Below are positions 25,301 to 37,600 of a stretch of 64,000 nt of DNA, in pieces (positions within the stretch are counted from its first letter, which is position 1; the number at the start of each line of letters is the position of its first letter). Under the pieces are notes generated by a model. That model had not been told where the DNA came from, did not search any database, and worked only from the letters and a program-made list of their open reading frames with translations. Both the position numbers and the translations under genes were made by a program. The DNA lies in the NCBI GenBank assembly GCA_951406725.2, contig OX597839.1:21824001-21888000 (forward strand), read 5' to 3'. Source of the DNA: Octopus vulgaris (lineage: Eukaryota).

Positions 25301-28300
25301 TGGGACTGAACCCGGAACCATGTGGTTGGTTAGCAAGCTGCTTACCACACAGCCACTCCTGCGCCTATTATAATTAATATATTAGTCGTAGTTAATATTT
25401 ATTCCCCCACTTAAAGTGGATGTTGTGTAAGAACACAGAATATTGTGCTATTTACCACGAGAGAACCTCTCATATGGACTTGTGGTGCATATAAGCACTC
25501 TTGTTTATACCACTAGTGGAAGATAATCATCTGCAACTCATAGCTGTTTTATGTTCCACTAATTTGGGAATGAAACTAGTAGAGATGCCTTGGTTTGAGT
25601 CCAGCCGAAATATCAGAATAGCTTCAGGTCAGTGGCCAGAGGTGAAGATGTTGGCAGATTCAGGTAAAGAAAGAAAGAGTGAGAGAGAAACAAAGAGAGG
25701 AAAAAGTGGTACTTCATGTGGCGGATATGGGGAGGGAGAAAAATCAAAGAATTGAATTTGGCTGTGGCTGCTGTTTGGCAGAATCAGAGCTGAACAGGGG
25801 CTATACAACACACACATTTATCTTTCATCTTTTACTTGTATCAGTCATTGGACTGCGGCCATGCTGTAGCACCACCTTGAATTTTTAGTCAAATGAATCA
25901 ACCCCAGTACTTATTTTCTTAAAATTTTTAAACCTGGGACTTATCTCTTATTATAAAAGGCAGATTTTATCTGCCTCCCAAACCGTTTGTTTATTATACA
26001 AATCTACAATATAGAATTTCTTCAATTAGAATTTACCGATCATTTTTACAAGTAGAATCCATCGGGTCGTGGCAGGTACAGTTTTTCCAATTTCACCTCC
26101 AATTAAGCAAAAAGCTCATCAGAAATTTGGTTCCCCCAAAACAATGCAATGGTACACGTTTGATCGTTAAGTCCTTATCTCCCACCGTAAACTTATATCA
26201 GTATTTGCCTGAATAATCATCATAATTCAGTGCAATCATTTACAGTACTTTCAAGCAATTCAGCCCCGAGCATCGCCGGGCAATTCTACTAGTTCTATAT
26301 ACAAACACACACAATGGGCTTCTTTCAGTTTCCATCTACCAAATCCACTCACAAGGCTTTGGTTGGCCCAGGGCTATAGAAAACACTTGGTGCCATGTGG
26401 TTGAGAAGTAAACTTCTCACCCCACAGCCATGCCTGTGCCTACATAAATACATAAAAACTATCCAAATTCCCTGGGAAGGGCAGAAGGAGTGTTCCACTG
26501 AATGAGAGTCGCAGAAGAGGCCAACAAGAAATTCCTACCTGTTTAATTGCTTTATCTCACTGCGACGTTTTGAGAATTCTTCGAACAGGTTCAGCCGAGG
26601 GTATTTATAGAGACCAGGGGTATCATTTGCTAATTCTGAAACAAAAGAAAGAGGAGAAAACAAAATGCAGTTTCAATGTGAGAACAGAAAACTGAGCCAT
26701 GAAATCCCTCCTCGTTATTCATGCAGTAATGAGACATATTCATTTAACCCTTTCGTTACCAACCCGGCTGAAACTGCCTCTGGCTCTGTAGTACAAATGT
26801 CTTGTTTTCAAAAGTTTTGAATTAAAATCTTCCACCAAACCTTAGTCACAATTTTATGTTCCTAACACTAACTTAATGATAACGAAGTTATTTTATTAAA
26901 TTCTTTGTTATATTTAAAATAATTGGAAGAGACACAGAGCGTCTCAAAATAAATACAGTAATGAAAGGGTTAAATTTGAACATGTTTAACCCTTTCATTA
27001 CTGTATTTATTTTGAGATGCTCAGTGTTTCTTCCAATTATTTTAACCCTTTAGTGTTTAAACCGGCCAAAATATTCTACCTATTTTATGCTCAAACTAGT
27101 CAGATATGGTCATTCATAGCTATCTTATTGTGCCATTTTAAAAATAAACAATCACATCATTGAAATCTCAAAGCCATGAAATGATGCAAGATTAATTTTA
27201 CATGGTGTGAATACATAAGCTTTACATTTGACAGAATAATCTGAATGCTAAAGGGTTAAATATAACAAAGAATTTAGTAAAATAACTTAGTTATCAATTC
27301 AGTTTTAGTTTTAGGAACATAAATTGTGACTAAGATTTGGTAGAAAATTTTAATTCAAAACTTATGGAAACAAGACATTTGTACTACAGGGTCAGAGCCC
27401 AGTTTCAGCCGAGTTGGTATTGAAAGGGTTAAGGTGAAGGTGTGCAGCTTAGTGGTTAGGGCATTTGATTTATGACTGTAAGGTCATGAGTTCAATTCCA
27501 GGCGTTAATTTGTGTCGTTCGCATAGCAGTTTATTTCATGCTTCTCCAGTCCACTCAGCTGACAAACGGGAGTTGTACCTGTAAATCAATGGGGCCAAAC
27601 TTGTCCCCTTCTGTGCCACACTAAATCTCCCTGAGAACTACGTTAAGGGTACATATGTCTGTGGAGTGCTCAGCCACTTGCATGTTAATTCCACCAGCAG
27701 GCTGTTCCGTTGACTGGATCAACTGGAACCCTCGTTGTCGTAACAGATGGAGTGCCAGTTGAAGAGGAACACCATCCTCCTCCTTTAATGTCCATTTTCC
27801 ATCCTGGTATGGGTTGGACTAAAACTTAGATATAACAAGAGCAAACTGAGACAAGAAAGCAATAATGCAACACGGCCCTAATGTCTACTGCTTGTCACAT
27901 GACTTTGTTACTGACTACACAATAATTGCTTCTGCTGGTTTAATTGGACTAACTTACTAACATTCATCTTCCAACACATAAAATTCAATTTAAGAACAGC
28001 AGGTGCTCTGTAGTGTAATCATTAACCCTTTAGTGTTTAAACCGGCTATAACCGGCCCAAATATTCTACACATTTTATGCTCAAACTGGCCAGAACCAGT
28101 ATCTCACACCCACCCTGCAATGTAATTCTAAAAAAAAACAATTACATCTTTCAAATCTTGAAGCTACAAGATAATACCAGATTAATTTTTTAAAATGTAA
28201 ATGAATAAGGATTACTTCTGACATATTAATTTGAACGCTAAAGGGTTAATGAGTTCACCTGACAAGTAATTTTAGTTCAGTAGTGAAGGAGCCATTCTGT

Positions 28301-31300
28301 CTGTGTCTTTTCTGAATCTTACAACATCCTGTTATCAATCACAATCAAGTTAGAACAGATCATTCCTTAAACCTGAAAATTCAAGACTATTTTTACAACC
28401 TTTGGTCCATTACCAACTTTCAAGATTTCTACGTTTCAAAAGAAAAAAAAAAAAAAAATGTAAAACAAATATTTGCTTCATAATTGGTTCCTCTCCCTCT
28501 GTCATCCTCACAAAACTGTTGAAATATATATTTCTTTACTACCCACAAGGGGCTAAACACAGACGGGACAAATAAGGACAGACAAACGGATTAAGTCGAT
28601 TACATCGACCCCAGTGAACTGGTACTTAATTTATCGACCCCGAAAGGATGAAAGGCAAAGTCGACCTCGGCGGAATTTGAACTCAGAACGTAGCGGCAGA
28701 CAAAATACCGCTAAGCATTTCGCCCGGCATGCTAATGTTTCTGCCAGCTCGCTGCCTTAAATATAACTGTTGAAATATATTTTACTGATGTAGGTCATTA
28801 GGCTGTGTCCATGCTGGAGCATGAGTTCAGAGGGTTTGGGGGTCAATCCCATTGACCTATTTTATTTCATTGAAAGGCAAGTGACATTTTCCACGTAATT
28901 CTGATTATTTTTTTAAGCAACCATTTTGTGTCAAACGTGATCACAGATACAGGCATGCATAGATGAGCTTCTGCTTGCCAACTCCTGCTAATCCATCCAA
29001 CCATGCCAGCATGGAAGATGGACATTAACCCTTTAGTGTTCACATTATTCTGCCAAAATTAATGCTTTTTAATCCACATTGTTTTGAACTAATCATGCAT
29101 TATCTTGTTGCTATGAGATTTTGATGAGGTAGCTGTTAATTTTTTAAACGATATTGCAGGGTTGGTCTGAGAGACCAGATCTGGCCAGTTTGCACATAAA
29201 ACAGGCAGAATACTTTTGGCCGGATATGGCTGGTTTAAATGCTAAAGGATTAAATGATGATAATGATGAAGAAGAAAGACACTCACCATCATTCTCTGGC
29301 AGAAGACCAGCTTCAACAAACCATATCACAGCTTTCAAGTGATGAGACAGAAGTTGTAAGGCATCAAGTTTCTGTTTGAGTTCTTCAATCCCTGCAAAAC
29401 AAAACAAGAACAAAATGTTAAGAAGATCCTTTCGTCTTTGAGGCTGCGGAGAACTGAAACAATCGATTCTCTGTTTTCCGCAACCAACACCTTTCATGAT
29501 CCCTGATATACGGTTATATGAGTAACCCTGCGATGGACTGGCGTCCCATCCAGGGGTGGAATATATATGCCACAGAAGTCTTTATGACACGGGAAGGAAC
29601 TTTATTCCTGTAAACCTAGCATTAGAAACAGTTCTAATGAAAAACAAGAGACTATTCCAATCTTACAAGTGCGGAAAATTGGACATAAAACAATGTTTTA
29701 AGAGAAAGAAATGAAGACTTACCATTCTCTGTGGTGGGCACAGAACTTGCAATAAACTTGTGGAATATCTGAGCTAAGTAGGTGAACTTCTGTAAACATC
29801 GGTGCAAACCCTGGATACATGTGTCATCTATTGGGAGACCAGACCAGTCGAAGAAGTGTTTTGCTGTGAAAACATAAACATACTCATCAGTTTACCTTTC
29901 TGTGTTTCAGGCGTTAGACTGTGGCCACGCTGGGGCAATGCCTTGAAGAAATTTTTAGTCAAAAGAATCGACTCCATTCCGGTACATGTCAGAAATCTAT
30001 CAGGATGCAGTGTGGAATCATTCAAATTGCAGCTGGATAGATACTTAAGCACCATTAGAGATGAACCCCATCTCCCAGGATATACACAACGAGCACAAAC
30101 TGACTCAAACTCGCTCCTACACATGTCAAAATTAAACAGAGAATACAACCTGGCAACCACACCAGACTCTGAGGGTGGAGTCTTCGACTTGGCCTGAGCA
30201 TGGACTCAAACTCAAATGAAATGAAATGAAATACCACCTCGTAAAACTGAATCTAGAAAAGGAAATTAATATGGACAAGCAAAAAAACAACTGAACTTAA
30301 ATTGAAATTTAAGTAAACCGTTTTCAGTGAACTCCATTCCAAATTCTAACAGGAACTTGTCAAAACACTTACTATTACTGTCTATAGCTTCCTTGATTTG
30401 AACCACTTTGTTCCAACTCCAATCGAGTAAATATTTCAAGGTACACTTTTGGGCGGTGAATTCTGAAAGAAAAGATCATTTTGTTAATAATTACATTCAA
30501 ATTAATTACACTCAAAGCTGCTATAACCATAGCATTTAACATTTTTGCATTCAAACAGGGCATATCCAGTCCAAATATTCTATCTGTTTTATGCTCAAAC
30601 TGGCCAAATCTGGCCTCTCTCACCTTCCTGACAATGTCATTGTAAACACAGAAATCACATCATCAAAATTGCAAAGCTATGACATCATCATCATCGTTTA
30701 ACGTCCGTTCTCCATGCTAGCATGGGTTGGACGGTTCGACCGGGGATCTGGGAAGCCAGAAGGCTGCACCAGGCTCCAGTCTTATCTGGCAATGTTTCTA
30801 CAGCTGGATGCCCTTCCTAATGCCATAATGCATAATTAAGTTGATGGATTAATCTGAATGCTAAATGGTTCAAAATTCCTTAAATTTAAAAATCAAATCT
30901 TAATTTATAACTGATTATTCATAAACCATTTTTGGTACCCAATTTCTGCTGAAATACACCACCATGGTTCCAATTGATTTTGGAAATAACAAAGAATTTT
31001 ATAAAACTGTCCTTACTAAGTTGTTGTCTGAAACCCAATCCATTGTGTAAAGTGGTTGGCATTAACCCTTTTGATACCAACCTGGCCAAAACCGCCTCTG
31101 GCTCTGTGGTACAAATGTCTTACTTTCATAAGTATTGAATTAAAATCTTGCACCAACCTTTAGTCACAATTTATGTTCCCAACACTAGCTTAATGAAAAC
31201 TAAGTTCTTTTACTAAATTCTTTGTTATATTTAAAATTAATTGAATGAAACACAGAGCATCTCAAAATAAATACGGTAACGAAAGGGTTAAGAAGAACAT

Positions 31301-34300
31301 TTAGCTGTAGAAACCATGCAGATAATGGAGCCTGGTACAATCCCCTGGTTTGCCAGATCCTCTCAAACTGTCCAACCTACACAAGCAGAGCAAACAGACA
31401 TAAAGTGAAAAATCCTTCTTTTATCTTTAACTTGTTTTCAGACTGCGACCATGCTGGGGCACAGTCTTGAAAAATTTTAAGTCATAGGAATCAACTTATT
31501 TTTTTTAATGCCTAGTACTTATTCTATCAGTCTCTTTTGCTGAACCACTAAGTTACAGGGGATGTAAACACACCAACACTGGCCGTCAAATGGTGGTGGG
31601 GGACAAACACGAAGGCGGCGAGCTGGCAGAAACGTTAGCACGCCGGGCGAAATGCGTAGCCGTATTTCGTCTGCCGTTACGTTCTGAGTTCAAATTCTGC
31701 TGAGGTCGGCTTTGCCTTTCATCCTTTCAGGGTCGATAAATTAAGTACCAGTGACGAACTGGGGTCGATGTAATCGACTTAATCTGTTTGTCCCCTCTGT
31801 GTTTAGCCCCTTGTGGGTAGTAAAGAAATAGGTGGGGGACAAACACAGACCCAAAGAGAGACACACATTGAGATATGCCTGAATTTCTAAAAGTTGTTTT
31901 CAACATAAACCAACGTGCAGCCTTGCACAGTCAATGGTTCATTTATCACTATTTTGACAAATACATTGACCCAAGAAGATGTGGCAAGAAATGGTAAGAA
32001 AGGCTCTTCAGATGCTGGGCCTCACTGAGAAGATGCCAAGAGACTGGGACTTGCCATTCGTTGTACTTGAGAAGACACATCAAGCTAAGTAAAATCGTGG
32101 CCATCCATACATTTAGGCATGTCTTTTATGGCCAGGTCATCATTCTCTCTCCCAGAGGTCTTTGTCTTGCAGGTGCTGGTGCCATGTAAAGTGCACTCAT
32201 GGTGGTGCCATGTAAGTGCACCCAAGACACCCTGTAAAGTGGTTGGTGTTAGGAAAGGCATCAAGCTATAAAAACCACGTCGAAACAGACAGTGGGGCCT
32301 AGTACAGTCCCCTGGCTTGCCAGCTCCTGTCAAACCGTCCAACCAATGCCAGCATGGAAAACGAATGTTAATCAGTAATGAATAATGTTGATATATCTAC
32401 CAAATCCACTCATAAGGCTTTGGTTAGCCCGAGATGCCATGCAGAGGGACTGAACCCAGAACCGTGCCATCGGGAAGTAAGCTTCTTACCACACAACCAT
32501 GCCTATGCTTGAAGATGAGTTTTAATTAAGGTCATTTTATAACTGAAAACTAGGACCAAGGATGGTCTCAGATGGGTGACTATCCAAGAGTGTCAAATAT
32601 TTTGCACTTTTTCTATTTTATCCTCTTGCATTAGTGAAATCTCACCAGAATCAACTCTGAGCCTTATCTTGAGAGACCTTGATGGAGACAAAAGGCAGTC
32701 ACATCAAGAGAAGGATTTCACGAGAGAGTACAAACCAGCCTTACAACTTTATGGCTTTCTCAAAAGAAATATTAATTTTGTTTGTTTATAAGTCGATACT
32801 TGCCTCCTTCAGCCCATTCATCGATACACTTCAGGATCACGTTTACCATGTGGTACTCCAGACACAAAGAAAGCAAAGCTTCTCTCTGGAAACCCTACAA
32901 AAATAGAAAGAAAAAAACAAAAACAATTCAACACAACAAAATAGAATCTTCAACCAATTTTTTGGTGAACAGCAACTAAATCTGTCTTACTTGGATTGCA
33001 GCCCTGGGCAAGTGAGGTGGGGGATGAGGACGACATGGAATGATTCTAATTTAAGTTCACAACTGACCAAGACAGGCAGACTTTTAATTAATTACCCCCA
33101 CAAAAAGCTGATATTCCATAACTGAAACATTAAAATGGTTTGAAGGGGGAGATAAGTGTGAATGTTGTAGAAAATGGATGAAAGCTGTTCTTACCACAAT
33201 TGAGAAACTCTGTGGGGCATTCTCCTGGGATCGATGTACTAAACCAACAAACAAACACATTTTGTATACTTCAGTTGGTTCGATCAAACAGGAAGGACCC
33301 AACTTCTGGATGGTGTTCAAAACCTGGATACACAACAAAGAAAATAGTTTTAACCCTTTAGTGTTCAGATTATTCTGTTAAATGTAATACTTTTTCACTC
33401 AAATTGTTTTGAATTAATCATGCATTATCTTATATTTTTAGAATGTCAATGTAGGTTAGGTGTGAGAGGCTAGGTATGGCCAGTTCAAATATAAAACATG
33501 TGGAATATTTTGGGCCGGATGTGGCCGGTTTAAACACTAAAGGGTTAAATTATAAATATACCACACCAAGGAGGAAGTGGGTGTTAGATTTGGAGAGGGG
33601 TGCTGCTGAAAGGAAAGAGACAAAGAAATTGTTCTCAAAAAATAAGAACAAAAAACTGGTTTTTAAAACATTAAAAAAATTTTTTTTTTTTTTTTTACAC
33701 ATTTTTGTTTAGCAGATTAATGAGAGAATCTTTGTGTAGGTGCTCAACAGAAATAGCAGCAGAATCTCCCTCGAATTATATTGAACATGTTTGTATGTAT
33801 GTATATTTCTTTTACTGGTGTCAGTCATTGGACTGTGACATTGCCTTGAAAGGGACAAATTAATCCCAGGACTACTTCCTTTTTTTAAAGCCTGCTGTTT
33901 ATTATATCAGTCCCTTTTACAGAGGCATAAATACACTATAACTGGTTGTCAGATGATAGTGGAAGACATAGAGAGATGCACATGTGCACACACATACATA
34001 TATACATGATGGGATTCTTTCAGTTTCCATCTATCAAATCCACTCACAAGGCTTTGGTTGGCCTGAGGCTATAGAACAAGACACTTGTCTTCTAAGGTGC
34101 CACACATTATATAGGACTGAACCCGGAACCATGTGGTTGGGAAGCAAACTCCTTACCACATGGCAACACACACAAAATGGTATAGGAAATAAGAAAGCAA
34201 AGGTACCTGACGCTGCATTCCAAGGTATTTTGCACTGAGTAAACCACTTTCCATCAGACAAAGAACATCTGTAAAACATGAGAAAATATTAGCAAGAATT

Positions 34301-34530
34301 TTGACACAAAATTTCTCCACAACACCCTCCAATCTAATTACTATTCAGCTGCTACAAACCCCAGAAAAATTTTTTCTCAACAGACACTTACACTCTGCTA
34401 ATGGCTTAGCTGGCCAAAACTTAAAAGTCACTATTAATAATATACTTGTTTAAGAATAATGTACTCTAGAAAAATATAAAGTAACCCATCAGATCAATGC
34501 AAAATTGTTTTTTTTATAACTGAACAAAAA

Positions 34531-34583
<53 letters not shown>

Positions 34584-34592
34584 ACATCCTCT

Positions 34593-34649
<57 letters not shown>

Positions 34650-37600
34650 ATAACAATTCCTCTCTCTCTTTTTTATTTATATATATATATATATTCGATA
34701 TATATATATATATATATATAGGGAAAGTTTATGAAAAAAACAAAAGACAAAGACAGGTGGTGTACAAAACAAACAGATGTATTAGTATAATGCTCAGGAA
34801 TAGAAAAAGTCTTTTACGTTTCGAGCCTATGCTCTCCCACAGAAAGGGACACAGAAAAAAGAAGGAGAGAAACAAGGAGAGAAAAAAATGTGTGTAGTGG
34901 CTAATGATTTATCATGGCGTCTGACTCGGACAGAATGGTCAGACGGGAGGAGGAAAGTAGGGGAGATAACAAGGTAAAGATGACCCCCAACACAAAGGTG
35001 TGTGTATAAGAGAGTATGTATGTGTGTGTGTGAAAGAGGGCTGGTGGTCTGGACGTGTGTATGTATGTATGTATGTGTGGGTGTGGAGATGTGGGGATGG
35101 GTGTGTGGGTGGTGTGTTGTGATGTGTGATGTTGTATGGTGTAATGTGGTGTGGTGTGATGTTGTGGGGAGGTGGGGGGGCGAGCGTGGGGAAAACACAG
35201 GTGGGGTGTGGGTTCGACTGGGGGTTGTGGGTAGGCAGAGGTGAGGTATGTGGGGGATGGGTGCGGGATAGGGAAGGTGGAGTAGGTGTGGGTGGGTTTA
35301 TGGGGGGAGGGGAAGGTGGGTATATATATATATATTTAAAAAAGGAGATGTGGAACACGAGTTGTGATATATAAAAAAAGAAAATGAAGAAAATGCTGAC
35401 AAAATAATTTAAGTAAGGGAGAGTGTATTTAATTAGGTGAAAGTTCTTTTTACCGATTATGCATTTGTTATGCTTATCAAAAGATAGAGTTCCTTTCTGA
35501 TTGATTTTTTTCTCTTATTTGATAAGAGAAAAAAATCAATCAGAAAGGAACTCTATCTTTTGATAAGCATAACAAATGCATAATCGGTAAAAAGAACTTT
35601 CACCTAATTAAATACACTCTCCCTTACTTAAATTATTTTGTCAACATTTTCTTCATTTCCTTTTTATATATATATATATATATATATGATAGATAGATAG
35701 ACAGATAGATAGATAGAGAGGAAATAATTCAAAACTACATAGATAGAAGAGGATATTTTGATAAAATTGCAATAAAAAGAAATGTTTTTATTGTATATCT
35801 TCAAAGTCTACTGCAAATCCAAAAGGACAGACAGCTGCATTGTTTGGGTTTTATGGGGGTTACAGGAAGTGGGGGAAATATATAGGAGCATTTAAAGAGC
35901 TGAAAGTCACAAACAGAACCCAGACCATTAGTTGAAGTAATGAGAGTAAACTGTAAGCCATACTCACCAAACTGGAGAGATGCAGGATAGAAAAACTGCT
36001 CTTGTGCAGCCAGGGGGTCACAAATAAATTTCCGAACCGTTGATGGGTTTATATAAATATTCTACAAGGAAAAAGGATAAAATTCTTTGATAAGCGGAAC
36101 CAAAATTCTTCTAATCAAATTGTTCATATTTTATCAAAGTCTTCACCCTCATCACTATTTAATCCATCATCATCATCAACATTTCGCATCTACTTGTCCT
36201 CTCAAGGTGAGACGAGACTTCTGCAACTGGAGCTCTATCTGTCACCAACCCTCACCTTTATACAAGATACTATTTCCCTTAGTGCTTTGGACATGAGCAG
36301 CTCAATGGCCAGACATGTTTTCATGGAACACTGCAAACAGCATGGCTTGAAGGATGGTGACATTAATATACTATTAGCTCATTTTCTCAAGTCAACAAGA
36401 TACAAACACACGAAATGAGCTTCTTTCCGTTTCTGTCAATTAAATCCATTCACAAGGCTTTGATCTAGTCAAAGCCAGAGTAGAAGACACTTGCTGAAGG
36501 TACCATGCAGTGGGACTGAACCCAAACCCACATGGTTGCAATGCAAACTTCTTACCCACACAGCCATGCCTGTGTTCTCCACCCAAAACACAGCTGAGCC
36601 CCCAACCCCTTTGATGACTGTGAAATTCAAGAACTGAGGTCACAGGACAAAAAAACACAAGCCTCAACGCTTACTTTACATTTCGGTGCTTAGCATTAAG
36701 CAGTGTCCAGCAGGAAATAATATTTGCTCCAATACAAAACAGTAAAAAATATGAAAGGCATAGAATGACCACTGGACACCAGAATCTAGGTGCATTAGTC
36801 AATATAGGAGCCTTTGTAGGAGATACTTGCTAGAAATAGCTGCAAAATCTCCCTCAAATTACCACTCCCATGCACACATCATCATCAATTAACGTCAGTT
36901 TCCTGTTGATGAGGATGTGTGTATGGGAGCGGTAATTTGAGGGAGATTTTGCGGCTATTTCTAGCAAGTATCACCTAGCCACAGCTGCATTAGTCAATAT
37001 AGGAGCCTTTGTAGGAGATACTTGCTAGAAATAGCTGCAATATCTCCCTCAAATTACCACTCCCATGCACACATCATCATCAATTAACGTCAGTCTCCTG
37101 TTGATGATGATGTGTGTATGGGAGTGGTAATTTGAGGGAGATTTTGCGGCTATTTCTAGCAAGTATCACCTAGCCACAGCTACATTATATACAATAGTTT
37201 GATGGCTTAAAAGAAAAACACAGAAGCAATTTCTTTTCAAAAAATGGTTTGCCTGCAGCTCAGTTCTTAATGGCCTGTTGTTGGAAATTGGTCCCAGTTT
37301 CCTTCACAGAACAGAAATAAATGAAAGAAGATGGAAATAGAGTTTACTCCCTTACATTAGAGAGAAGCACTACTTCTTTCTAAAATCAATGTAAGTAAGG
37401 TTAGTACAATTGTTAAGATGTCATACATTTCAGATCTGGCTGGTCAAATTAGTCCAGTTCAGTACAATTATGTGCACCAGCTGCATAAATATGTGCATAG
37501 AGTCTGTTTTCACTCATTAGACTGTGGCCCTACTGGAGCACCACTATCTAAGATGGAGTCAATCACATTTGTCCAGCCCCTACTTATTTTTATTGACTGC

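Noticed and set aside
25713-25800. Open frame ending PYPPHE with the same phases as exon 20, a possible mutually exclusive exon
   Set aside because: Weak donor (GAA|gtacca) and poor pyrimidine tract; no similarity to LMIDGL or the conserved Trp; RNA-seq junctions could reopen it
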